A DNA stretch of 64,000 nt, taken from the IMG/VR virus record IMGVR_UViG_3300025840_003125; one strand, written 5' to 3'. The DNA is from a virus. Positions 46,445 to 56,056 of the stretch are shown here, piece by piece (positions within the stretch are counted from its first letter, which is position 1; every line of letters begins with the position of its first letter). The notes beneath the pieces are model-generated. The model ran no database searches, was not told the DNA's origin, and saw only the letters and a list, made by a program, of their open reading frames with translations. The position numbers and the translations under genes were made by a program.

Positions 46445-47683
46445 ATGGCAATTCTAAATGGTATTAACGTAAAAGACGCTGAATTTACAGCAATGCAGGA
46501 GAAGGCTACTGCCGCTATCTGTAAGCAATCATTTCAAAATAATAAAAAATTTAATTCAGTAAAAGATATAGTTAACGATAAAGATACCGTAAAAGAACTA
46601 AAAGAAATATTTGTTAAAGACAAAAAACAATTATTTCATTACAAGATACCCTTTTCACAAAAGATAGAAAAAAACTGGTTTGAAACTTTTGTTAAACAAA
46701 ACGAAAGAATATTAAGAGAGTTTTCTAACGCAAAATTTACCGTCTTTGATAGAGATGATAAAGATGGTTTTATGATGTGGTTTATGAAAACGATTAGAGA
46801 TTATTTTAGCATATCAAATAAAGACTCATACAATCCTGCTGATATATGGTTGATTGATAAAAAAGAAGTCAATAGACAAATCATATTAAAAGAAATAGAA
46901 GGACCTAAAGGCACACAAACTATAGAAGAACTTAATCAGATAATGAGAAAGTTATACAAAGAAAGAAAAGTTATAGGTCTTTCTTTAAAATTAATTTCAG
47001 GCAATCAAGCAAAGTACCAAGAAGTTAATTTAGATGATAAGTTTTTTAAAGCAGTAGAAAATAAAAAAGGTGAGTTTGATTACAAACTTTTAAAAGTTAA
47101 GTTTGATCTATCTACATATGGTATAAAAAAGAATGCTGGTTTTACAACACAAGATTCTGTATTGACTTTAGGTATTAGAGGTACAGAAATAGCAAAGTTT
47201 CAAGTTAAAGGCAATACAACATCAAGGTTATCTAATTTAAAAATAGAAGGTACGGGTAAAGGTGAGGCTGCAAGATTAGGTAAGGCACCTTTAGAACTAG
47301 TTAGAAAATTAACTGCTGGCAAACCATACAGATCACAATTTTTAAATGACGCAAAAAAAGAACCACAAGATATAAGTGACTTTAATAAACAAGCAAAGAT
47401 GTGGCAAGTTATGTACGAAGAATTTGTTACAAATATGAAACAAAAAGGCATACCTATAGAAACAAAGATCATGCCTAAAGATTTTACAAAGAATATGAGA
47501 ATAGCATTTGAGGGTAGAACACCTTGGATTGCTAATAACAAACTACTACAATTACGATTCCTACACATGGTTTCAAAGTTTAAAAAAGATGAGATCCATG
47601 AGTATATGACAGATTTAATCTTCTTATGCCAGAAGATAGGACGTAGTGTATTTCCTTTCGGGCCGTTCGGCAAACTTTATTAG
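46445..47683 (+). CDS. Putative PD-(D/E)xK-like endonuclease
   Basis: QE..., NPADIWL and IGLSLK pattern; basic; CATAAATA late-type box 5 nt upstream. Confidence 0.5.
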   Translation: MAILNGINVKDAEFTAMQEKATAAICKQSFQNNKKFNSVKDIVNDKDTVKELKEIFVKDKKQLFHYKIPFSQKIEKNWFETFVKQNERILREFSNAKFTVFDRDDKDGFMMWFMKTIRDYFSISNKDSYNPADIWLIDKKEVNRQIILKEIEGPKGTQTIEELNQIMRKLYKERKVIGLSLKLISGNQAKYQEVNLDDKFFKAVENKKGEFDYKLLKVKFDLSTYGIKKNAGFTTQDSVLTLGIRGTEIAKFQVKGNTTSRLSNLKIEGTGKGEAARLGKAPLELVRKLTAGKPYRSQFLNDAKKEPQDISDFNKQAKMWQVMYEEFVTNMKQKGIPIETKIMPKDFTKNMRIAFEGRTPWIANNKLLQLRFLHMVSKFKKDEIHEYMTDLIFLCQKIGRSVFPFGPFGKLY

Positions 47684-47765
47684 TATAAATAGTCTAGTAA
47701 GTAGTGATTTATTAATGGGATATAGTGATTTTTCGCTTGACAAAGGCGTAATTTTTTGATATAAT
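47684..47765 (+). promoter_or_regulatory. Tandem late (TATAAATA 47684-47691) and sigma70 (47737-47765) promoters
   Basis: TATAAATA; TTGACA-N17-TATAAT. Confidence 0.8.
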
Positions 47766-47783
47766 GGGAATAGTGGGAGAAAA

Positions 47784-49007
47784 ATGTATAGTTTTAAACA
47801 ATATCTTAATGAGGCAAAAAATACTCATTTAGAACATTTAGAAGACGAAATTATTAATAACGGTTACCAAGGTGGCCTTAACGCAGTAGAATTTCTTAAA
47901 TCATTAAGAAATATGCTAGTAGGTTCATCACGTAGAAAATTAAACGTATCCGTTAAATGGGATGGTGCACCAGCAGTATTCTGTGGTATCAATCCTGAAA
48001 ACGGCAAATTCTTTGTTGGATCAAAATCAGTATTCAACGTAACTCCTAAAATCAATTACACACAAGCAGATATAAGAAGAAATCACTCTGGTGGTTTAGT
48101 AGATAAATTATCAATCTGTTTAAAAGAATTACCTAAACTTGGTATACGAGGTGTTGTACAAGGTGACTTGTTATTTACATCAGGAGATATTAAGTCGGTA
48201 TCTATACGAGGTGAAGATGCTATCGCATTTACACCAAACACTATAACATATGCTGTTCCAGAAAATACTGACCTTGCTAAAAGAATTAAAAGAGCTAAGT
48301 TAGGCATTATCTTTCACACTACTTACAATGGCCGAAAGATGTCTAACCTAAAAGCAAGCTTTGGCGTCAATGTAAATCGTTTTACAAAGACGCCAGCAGT
48401 ATTCTTTGATGACGCAAGTTACAAAGACTCATCTGGTGTTGCTACATTTACAACTGCTGAAAGTGATCAGTACGATAATATGTTAAGAATGGCAATGGGA
48501 TCAATTTCAAAAGGTAAAGTTATTTTAGATTTGTTAAAAAGACAAACAAATATGTTATCAGTTGGTGCAAGATTAAAGATTTTCTTCAATACAAAAATAA
48601 GAGAAGGTCAAACTATTAGTAATGTAAAAGGATTACAATCAGATTTTAGAAAGTACTATGCTTCAGTTTTAGATGATGAGATGTCAAGTAAAAAAACAGA
48701 AGCTGCAAAAAGTAAATACAAAACAATAAGAGATGATGGTTTAAAATTTATTGATAGATATGATAATGAAATATATTTTGCAATTGCAAGTTATGTAACT
48801 TTACAAAAAGTTAAAAATTATCTTGTAAGTAAAATGAATCAAATTAAATCAATAGGAACTTTTTTACAAAAAGGTAATGGATTTGAAGTAACAAATCCAG
48901 AAGGTTATGTTGCTGTAGATAGAATGGGCAACGCCGTTAAATTAGTAGATAGATTAGAGTTTAGTACAGCAAACTTTACATTAGCAAAGAATTGGATTAA
49001 AGGATAA
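47784..49007 (+). CDS. Ligase-like covalent nucleotidyltransferase (DUF6267-like) with N-terminal capsid-targeting-like sequence
   Basis: KWDG (motif I KxDG), QGDLLF, EGYVAV (motif IV), VKLV (motif V); starts MYSFKQYLNE. Confidence 0.65.
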   Translation: MYSFKQYLNEAKNTHLEHLEDEIINNGYQGGLNAVEFLKSLRNMLVGSSRRKLNVSVKWDGAPAVFCGINPENGKFFVGSKSVFNVTPKINYTQADIRRNHSGGLVDKLSICLKELPKLGIRGVVQGDLLFTSGDIKSVSIRGEDAIAFTPNTITYAVPENTDLAKRIKRAKLGIIFHTTYNGRKMSNLKASFGVNVNRFTKTPAVFFDDASYKDSSGVATFTTAESDQYDNMLRMAMGSISKGKVILDLLKRQTNMLSVGARLKIFFNTKIREGQTISNVKGLQSDFRKYYASVLDDEMSSKKTEAAKSKYKTIRDDGLKFIDRYDNEIYFAIASYVTLQKVKNYLVSKMNQIKSIGTFLQKGNGFEVTNPEGYVAVDRMGNAVKLVDRLEFSTANFTLAKNWIKG

Positions 49008-50362
49008 TGGCAAATTTTAGAAAAGACACACAAGAATTTGGACCTAGAGGCCACGATAAAACGGTCTTTGAAGTACCAATGATAGCAACAAATGACGGTA
49101 ATGTTGTAACACAAACAAATCCATTTCCTGTTACAATATCAAGTATCAGTCAATCAAGCTCAGCAGAAACTAATACAGACGCTTTTGGTAGACAAAGAAT
49201 ATCATCACCACTAACACTATTTGATTCCTCACATAGATTTTCTGATAATGATTTATGGAATGAAGATATTACAGGTGACGCTTCATCAACCTTTCAAATA
49301 AATGAGGGTCTAGTAGATTTAACAGTTGGCGATAATGCTAATGATGAAATTATTAGAGAAACAAAAAAAGTAATGACTTATCAACCTGGTAAATCATTGT
49401 TAATTTTAAATTCTTTTGTATTTAATGCTGCTAAAACTGGATTAAGACAAAGAATAGGATATTTTGGAACAGACAATGGTATCTATTTAGAACAAGATGG
49501 TACAGATGTTTATATAGTAGAAAGAAGTAAAGTATCAGGTTCAGTTGTAGAAAGTAAAATTGCTCAAGCAGATTGGAATGTAGATAAATTAGATGGCACA
49601 GGTACAACAGGCTATACTTTAGATTTAACAAAAGCACAAATTCAATATATAGATTTAGAATGGTTAGGTATAGGAACCGTAAGAGTAGGTTTTGTTATTA
49701 ATGGTAGATTTGTAGTTGCTCACGCTTTTCATCACGCAAATTTAGTAACAGGAACATATATTACTACAGCTTCTTTACCTTTAAGAATAGAAATTAAACA
49801 ACAGACAGAATTGGGTGACAGCACCACAGCAACACTAAAACAAGTTTGTTCTAGTGTTATGAGTGAAGGTGGTTATCAATTAAGAGGTTTACAACAAGCA
49901 GTTGGTACAGTAATTACTTCTCCTTATGAATTAACTACTGCTGGTACTTTTTATCCTGTTGTTTCTATACGATTAAAGTCAACAAGATTAGACGCAGCTG
50001 CTATTCTTACTGCTTTATCTATTTTAGGAACAGGAAATGGTATTTTTTATAATTGGCAAGTCGCAGCTGGAGGAACAGTTACAACAAGTTGGACTTCAGC
50101 TGGCACTAATTCATCTGTTGAATATTCAATTTCAGGAACAGCTTATACACTAGGTACAGGTAGAATATTAGCTAGTGGTTTTATGGCTTCTAATAATCAA
50201 TCTAGTGCAGCTACTAATATTCTTAAAGAAGCGTTATTTAAATTTCAATTAGAAAGAAATACATTTACGGGTGTAGCAGAACCTATAACTCTTTTAATGT
50301 CTAGTGGTACTGATACGCAAGATGTGTATGCTTCTATGGATTGGGAAGAAATTAGTAGATAA
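49007..50362 (+). CDS. Hypothetical beta-rich, probably virion structural protein
   Basis: DAFGRQRIS, YQPGKS, Q.DWNVDKLDG, EWLGIG pattern; Thr/Ser/Gly-rich. Confidence 0.6.
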   Translation: MANFRKDTQEFGPRGHDKTVFEVPMIATNDGNVVTQTNPFPVTISSISQSSSAETNTDAFGRQRISSPLTLFDSSHRFSDNDLWNEDITGDASSTFQINEGLVDLTVGDNANDEIIRETKKVMTYQPGKSLLILNSFVFNAAKTGLRQRIGYFGTDNGIYLEQDGTDVYIVERSKVSGSVVESKIAQADWNVDKLDGTGTTGYTLDLTKAQIQYIDLEWLGIGTVRVGFVINGRFVVAHAFHHANLVTGTYITTASLPLRIEIKQQTELGDSTTATLKQVCSSVMSEGGYQLRGLQQAVGTVITSPYELTTAGTFYPVVSIRLKSTRLDAAAILTALSILGTGNGIFYNWQVAAGGTVTTSWTSAGTNSSVEYSISGTAYTLGTGRILASGFMASNNQSSAATNILKEALFKFQLERNTFTGVAEPITLLMSSGTDTQDVYASMDWEEISR

Positions 50363-50949
50363 TGAAAAGTTTTAGAGATTTTATATTTGAACAATTAGGT
50401 AGAATGAGAATTATTATGTTAGGTGGACCTGGTTCAGGTAAATCAACCTATACAGAATACTTAATTAAACACTTTGATATTACACATATCTATCCAGGCG
50501 GTATGTTAAGAAAAGAAATTGAAAAAGGTTCAGAAATAGGACAGATTGCAAAAGATATAGTATCAAAAGGTGAGTTTGTTCCTAATCAAATAGTATTAGA
50601 TTTAATTAGTAAAAAAGTTGAAGAAAGTCCTAAAGGTTATGTACTTGATGGATGGCCAAGATATATGCAACAAGTTGAAGATATGGAAAAAGCAGAAATA
50701 GGTTATGACTATGCAGTATTTTTAGATGTAAGTACCGAAGAAGTAATGAGAAGATTACTTGCAAGAGGTAGAGCAGATGATACGAAAGAGATTATAGGTA
50801 ATAGAATAGAATTATATAAAAAAGAAACAGGTCCTGTAATAGAATATTTAAGAAAGAAACCAGGATTTTTAGAAATAAAAGCAGAGGGTGGTACACCTGA
50901 AGATACTGCTAACGAAATTATAAGAAGAATAGAAAATGAAAGTAAATAG
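50362..50949 (+). CDS. adk: Adenylate kinase-like NMP kinase
   Basis: GGPGSGKST, GMLRKE, G.FVP, LDGWPR, RGRADD motifs; starts MKSFRDFIFE. Confidence 0.88.
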   Translation: MKSFRDFIFEQLGRMRIIMLGGPGSGKSTYTEYLIKHFDITHIYPGGMLRKEIEKGSEIGQIAKDIVSKGEFVPNQIVLDLISKKVEESPKGYVLDGWPRYMQQVEDMEKAEIGYDYAVFLDVSTEEVMRRLLARGRADDTKEIIGNRIELYKKETGPVIEYLRKKPGFLEIKAEGGTPEDTANEIIRRIENESK

Positions 50950-51625
50950 TTTTATACAACATTTAGCAGAGGGTGTTTACGACCCAGGAATATTTAAAGC
51001 ATTTTTTCTTGCTGGTGGTCCTGGTTCAGGTAAAACATTTGTTACTCAAAGTACATTTTCAGGTACAGGATTAAAAGTTGTAAATTCTGATACATCATTT
51101 GAAAGAAATTTAAAACAAGCAAACTTATCTTTAAGTATGCCAGATGAAGAAACATATTTTAGAAACATTTTACGAAATGCAGCCAAAAGAACTGCTATCT
51201 CACAGTTAAATAAATATGTAGAAGGAAGACTTGGTTTAGTAGTTGATAGCACAGGAAGAGATTATGATATGATTGCCAGACAACACAGTATGCTAAAGCA
51301 AATGGGTTATGATTGTTATATGGTATTTGTAAATACAACGTTAGATGTAGCGTTAGCAAGAAACGCTAGACGTGAAAGAACTATTCCTGAATATATTACA
51401 AAGTCAAGTTGGGAAGGTGTGCAAAATAACATTGGTAAATTTCAAAGACTATTTGGTTTAAATAATTTTTTAGTTGTAGATAACAATAAGTCTGATTTAG
51501 AACTTGTTACACTCACAATGAATAGAGTTGGTAAAATGGTAAGAAGATTTATGAGAACACCTGTACAAAATTATATTGCAAAACAATGGATGAAAAAAGA
51601 ATTAGAGGCACGTAAAAGAATATGA
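50936..51625 (+). CDS. P-loop kinase (zeta-toxin/AAA_33-like)
   Basis: FLAGGPGSGKT, VNSD, VVDSTG, ALARNARRER; starts MKVNSFIQHLAE. Confidence 0.75.
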   Translation: MKVNSFIQHLAEGVYDPGIFKAFFLAGGPGSGKTFVTQSTFSGTGLKVVNSDTSFERNLKQANLSLSMPDEETYFRNILRNAAKRTAISQLNKYVEGRLGLVVDSTGRDYDMIARQHSMLKQMGYDCYMVFVNTTLDVALARNARRERTIPEYITKSSWEGVQNNIGKFQRLFGLNNFLVVDNNKSDLELVTLTMNRVGKMVRRFMRTPVQNYIAKQWMKKELEARKRI

Positions 51626-54411
51626 GATTTAAAGATTTTTTAAAAGAGTCTATAATTGACATACCAAGACAAACGTATGCAAAAGGTGTATTTGATAAAG
51701 CAGATACTCCTAATCCAGTATTAAAACCATCAGTAAAAAAATTAGTATTAGATGGTATAAAGACATTTGAGAAATTTGGTAAAGTAGTTAAGTATACCTT
51801 AATTGGTTCAATACTTACAAAACAATATAGAGCTGATGCAGACCTTGACATTAATATCTTATTTAATATACCTGGTTCAAAAGAAGAACAAGAAAAGGTA
51901 CATGATGAGATTAGAGAATATCAAGGACAGATAAATGGTAAAAATATACCAGGCACACAGCATCCTATCAACTACTTTTCCATCATAGATCCTGTAACAT
52001 TTAATAAGGCAAGGGACATGGCTGATGGTACTTTTGATATCGACTCTAACAAGTGGATCAAAAAACCAGAACCTGGCACCTTTGAACCTGAAAAATACGT
52101 TACGGATTTTCAGAAGCGTGTTTCTGAAATAGATGTTGTTAAAGGTGAACTTATACGAGATATGATTGATTATGAGGAACTAAAAGACTTAACAGGTAAC
52201 GACATAAAAAACTTGTCAAGTTTAGTTTCTAAAAAGTTAGACGAAATTAAATCTTCTATTAACACTCTAATTGATATTGGTGACAAAACTATTGCAGACC
52301 GAAAGGATGCTTTTAGTACAGATATGTCACCAGACGAAATCAGAAAGTTTGGTGTAAAGAACCGACTTCCCAAAAATGTGATTTATAAAATGTTAGAAAA
52401 GTATCATTATCTCAAATTTTTCAAAAAGTTGAAAGAGATTATGGAAGACGGTAAAATATCACCAGACGAACTGAAATCATTATCAAAAATAAAAGAGGCC
52501 AAGGGTAGATCAATTGCATTTACCTTTGGCCGATTTAATCCACCTACAATAGGACACGAAAAACTTATTAACAAAGTGGCACAACAAAGAACAGATGATT
52601 ACAGAATTTATTTAAGTAAATCTGAAGACACATCTAAAAACCCATTGAATGCTAGAGTTAAGTTAGCAACAATGAAACAAATGTTTCCTAGACATAGCAG
52701 AAACATACTACTTAATCCATCAAACATGATATTGGATATTGTAACTGATTTACATAAAAGAGGTTACTCAAACATAACGATGGTTGCAGGTAGTGATAGA
52801 GTAAGAGAATTTGATACTATCTTAAAAAAATATAACGGCGTTAAGAGCCGTCATGGTCTATATGACTTTGATAGTATATCTGTAGCTTCAGCAGGAGAAA
52901 GAGATCCTGACGCTGAAGGTGCTACGGGAATGAGTGCTAGTAAAATGAGAGCGGCTGCAAAATCAAAAGACTTTGCAAGTTTCAAAAAAGGACTGCCGTC
53001 TGGTTTTGCTAACTCAAAAAATGCACAAGACTTATTTAGAAATGTAAGAAAAGGAATGATGTTAGCGGCTTCGTTTGACGCTGATAGTGCATTTAGATTT
53101 AAACCATTTATAACTGCCTCAACAAAAGAGGAGTTAGATAAAATGACATTAAGGGACAAATATATTTCAGAGCATTTATATGATGTAGGAGATATAGTTG
53201 ACGATATGGAGAATAATGTAACTGGTGTCATTGTAAGAAGAGGAACAAACTATGTTACCTTGGAAGACGAGGAGATGAGCCTACACAAATGTTGGTTATA
53301 TAATATTATGGAAACTCCTGTCTATTCAATTAAGTTGGAGAAACGATCAATGAACTTAAAAGAGAAAAGAAAATTAGCGTATGATAAAGAAACAGATCAA
53401 CCTAAAAAATACGTTGCAGGATTATCAGACAAAGAGAAAAAGGCACATGATAGACACCTAGAAAAACAAGGTAAAAAATCAGATAGTGACAAGTCTGCTT
53501 ATAAACAATCACCTGCTGACAAAGTAGCAAAAACAAAACCTAGTAAACATACAAAACGTTTCAAACAAATGTATGGAGAATTGAAGACAAAATCAGAAAA
53601 AGAACCTCAACATAGAGGTAATGAATTTAATACAGATGGTATACCAGAAGCCTATGAAATAGGACATGATTGGGCAAAATATACATCTTCAATAACACCA
53701 GGCGAAAAACACTACAATCCTAAGTATCAAGGCGGTTCTTATAGTCCAAGTAAACATAGTGATAATTTAATTAATGTTAACGCAAGTAAGGATATAAGCA
53801 TGACAGATAATAAAAAAGTTGAGCTAAAAGATATAGAAGAATGGGCAAGTAAAGAAGAAACTATTAATAAATATAAGGAAAGATATGGGGAAGAGTGGCA
53901 ATCTAAAATTGAAGAAACATACAATAAAATGTTCAATAAAGTGATTGACACCAACACAAATATGCAAGAAGGAAGAATGAAGGATATCGCAATAGACCTT
54001 AAATCTAAGGACGAAGGCGGATTAGATCCAGAGGAATTTCAAAGAAAGTACAACAAATCTAAAGCAGAAATGAGAAAAGATTTAGGTGCTACTGAAGGCT
54101 TTAAGTTAACGTTTAAAGACTTTATGAAAGAAGAAGCAGACGAGTGGGGAATTTTCCCATCACAAATTACAGAAGCAGAACATCAAGGTAAAAAAGTTAC
54201 TTTGAACAAACCTGTTAGAGGTGGTTCTAAAAAGTTTTATGTTTACACAAAAGGACCTAACGACAACATAGTCAAAGTATCATTTGGTGATCCTAATATG
54301 GAAATTAAAAGAGATAATCCTGCAAGAAGAAGAAGCTTCAGAGCAAGACATAACTGTGATAATCCAGGACCTAAATGGAAAGCAAGATATTGGAGTTGCA
54401 AAAAATGGTAA
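51622..54411 (+). CDS. Multidomain protein: Pol-beta-family nucleotidyltransferase, HxGH cytidylyltransferase-like domain and several small basic modules
   Basis: LIGS.....Y..DADLD; FTFGRFNPPTIGH, AGSDR, SASKMR; C-terminal SFRARHNC..ARYWSC module; starts MRFKDFLKE. Confidence 0.8.
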   Translation: MRFKDFLKESIIDIPRQTYAKGVFDKADTPNPVLKPSVKKLVLDGIKTFEKFGKVVKYTLIGSILTKQYRADADLDINILFNIPGSKEEQEKVHDEIREYQGQINGKNIPGTQHPINYFSIIDPVTFNKARDMADGTFDIDSNKWIKKPEPGTFEPEKYVTDFQKRVSEIDVVKGELIRDMIDYEELKDLTGNDIKNLSSLVSKKLDEIKSSINTLIDIGDKTIADRKDAFSTDMSPDEIRKFGVKNRLPKNVIYKMLEKYHYLKFFKKLKEIMEDGKISPDELKSLSKIKEAKGRSIAFTFGRFNPPTIGHEKLINKVAQQRTDDYRIYLSKSEDTSKNPLNARVKLATMKQMFPRHSRNILLNPSNMILDIVTDLHKRGYSNITMVAGSDRVREFDTILKKYNGVKSRHGLYDFDSISVASAGERDPDAEGATGMSASKMRAAAKSKDFASFKKGLPSGFANSKNAQDLFRNVRKGMMLAASFDADSAFRFKPFITASTKEELDKMTLRDKYISEHLYDVGDIVDDMENNVTGVIVRRGTNYVTLEDEEMSLHKCWLYNIMETPVYSIKLEKRSMNLKEKRKLAYDKETDQPKKYVAGLSDKEKKAHDRHLEKQGKKSDSDKSAYKQSPADKVAKTKPSKHTKRFKQMYGELKTKSEKEPQHRGNEFNTDGIPEAYEIGHDWAKYTSSITPGEKHYNPKYQGGSYSPSKHSDNLINVNASKDISMTDNKKVELKDIEEWASKEETINKYKERYGEEWQSKIEETYNKMFNKVIDTNTNMQEGRMKDIAIDLKSKDEGGLDPEEFQRKYNKSKAEMRKDLGATEGFKLTFKDFMKEEADEWGIFPSQITEAEHQGKKVTLNKPVRGGSKKFYVYTKGPNDNIVKVSFGDPNMEIKRDNPARRRSFRARHNCDNPGPKWKARYWSCKKW

Positions 54412-55358
54412 CAAGATATAGAAGTGGATGGGATTACGAATCTCTAAATGAGTTTACAACTGTTTACGTTGCTAGATGGAGAGGTAAAGACGGTAAAAGA
54501 TATGCGTCACCTTTTAAAACAAAAGACTCTGCTGAAAAGAGAGCAAAAGAATTAAGAACACAAGGTAATTCTGAAGTATCCGTTACACAAGATACGTTAA
54601 AGGGAAATATTAAGTGGGCAAAAGATAACGGACCTGATATAAAAGGAATGCAAAAAGAAGAAAAGTTTGAGTGTCCTAAATGTAAAGGTAAAGGTTGTGA
54701 CCATTGTGGTGGCAAAGGTTATCATATGAAAGAAAATGTTGGTGATTTTTATCAAAGTAAAATGACACCTCAACAAATTCAGAATATAAAGAAGACTTGG
54801 CAAGGTAAGAAAGCTTCAGACGTTACACCTGCTGTTAAGGCAATGATTAAACGATTAGATATACCTACACAGTTGGCAATTAGACAGGCAAACATACCTC
54901 ATATTTCAAAATTAGTAGAGGACGCTTCTAAAGACGCTGAGAATATGGCGAAATTGAGAACACGTCAAATGTCATTACAAACTAAATTAAAAGATTTAGA
55001 TCCAGGTGAACCTAAAGACAAAACACCTATGGCTATAACTAAAAATGATATAGAGACCATACAAATGAAAATGGATCAGTTAAGAAGTAAAATGAAAAAA
55101 GAACAAGTACACCCAGCAAAATCTCTTATTGAAGCGATTACTGCTGTAAAAAACAAAGCAGAAAAAACAGGTATGCCTTATTCTATCTTAAAGAAAGTTT
55201 ACGATAGAGGTATGGCTGCATGGAAAGGTGGTCATAGACCAGGCACTACACCTCAACAATGGGCTATGGCAAGAGTTAACAGTTTCGTAACTAAATCATC
55301 TGGTACTTGGGGTAAAGCAGATAAAGATTTAGCAGCGAAAGTAAGGAGCAAAAAGTAA
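54405..55358 (+). CDS. Modular hypothetical protein with DnaJ-type zinc-finger fragment (ORF track start 54375; ATG 54405 more likely)
   Basis: CPKCKGKGCDHCGGKG; C-terminal VYDRGMAAWKGGHRPG..QQWAMARVNSF module. Confidence 0.65.
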   Translation: MVTRYRSGWDYESLNEFTTVYVARWRGKDGKRYASPFKTKDSAEKRAKELRTQGNSEVSVTQDTLKGNIKWAKDNGPDIKGMQKEEKFECPKCKGKGCDHCGGKGYHMKENVGDFYQSKMTPQQIQNIKKTWQGKKASDVTPAVKAMIKRLDIPTQLAIRQANIPHISKLVEDASKDAENMAKLRTRQMSLQTKLKDLDPGEPKDKTPMAITKNDIETIQMKMDQLRSKMKKEQVHPAKSLIEAITAVKNKAEKTGMPYSILKKVYDRGMAAWKGGHRPGTTPQQWAMARVNSFVTKSSGTWGKADKDLAAKVRSKK

Positions 55359-55990
55359 TGAACAAAAAATATTTTGATACAAGAAAAGATAGCTTAGAGG
55401 ATAAGATTAATACAATTGCTTCTGAACAAGCTGCTATTTCAAAACCAGTATCAGACGTAAAATTATCAGTAGAAAAGAAATACTTTGAAAGTAAAAAAGG
55501 ATCACTAGAAGATGTAGCAAGTAAACTTGTTGAAAGTAAATTAGATCCAGTAAACAAAGACGCTGTTAAGAAAAAGTTTGATGATAGAAAAGATAAAGAC
55601 ATTGACAACGATGGCGATACAGATTCATCTGATAAGTATCTACATAAAAGAAGAAAAGCAATTTCAAAAGCAACAAGTGAAGAAGTTGAACCTTGTGGAT
55701 TAACTGCTGAAGCGTGTTGGGATTCTCATAAACAACAAGGTTACAAAATGAAAGGTGGCAAACGTGTCCCTAATTGTGTACCTAAAAATGAAGCAGTAAA
55801 TCAGGACGATCATGGTGAGAAAATCAACCAAGATAAAAAAGACGCTGCTATGAAGAAGACAGATCAAAAGAAACCATTTGACAAGTTAAGACAAGAAACT
55901 AAACTAGTTAGACTTGGGAACAATGGTAAGACAGATACAGGTCAAAAAGCTGCAGTTATAGACCTTGAACCGTCAGCAAAACCTATCTAG
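55358..55990 (+). CDS. Modular hypothetical (probable internal head) protein
   Basis: Repeated KKYF.....SLED, EF-hand-like DIDNDGDTD, CW..H...G.K.KGGKRVPNCVP module. Confidence 0.65.
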   Translation: MNKKYFDTRKDSLEDKINTIASEQAAISKPVSDVKLSVEKKYFESKKGSLEDVASKLVESKLDPVNKDAVKKKFDDRKDKDIDNDGDTDSSDKYLHKRRKAISKATSEEVEPCGLTAEACWDSHKQQGYKMKGGKRVPNCVPKNEAVNQDDHGEKINQDKKDAAMKKTDQKKPFDKLRQETKLVRLGNNGKTDTGQKAAVIDLEPSAKPI

Positions 55991-55998
55991 TTGCGACA

Positions 55999-56036
55999 TT
56001 TTGTCAATTGACAAAAGCACTATTATATGATAGTAT
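55999..56036 (+). promoter_or_regulatory. Sigma70-type promoter with an 18-bp palindrome over the -35 box
   Basis: TTTTGTCAATTGACAAAA (55999-56016); TTGACA-N17-TAGTAT. Confidence 0.7.
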
Positions 56037-56056
56037 AATAGTATAAGGAAAACACT

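Noticed and set aside
51622-54411. Calling the cluster a known NAD reconstitution pathway or a cGAS-like cyclase
   Set aside because: No Nampt/Namat or PRPP-synthetase-like partner is recognisable in the window, and motifs support only fold-level assignment
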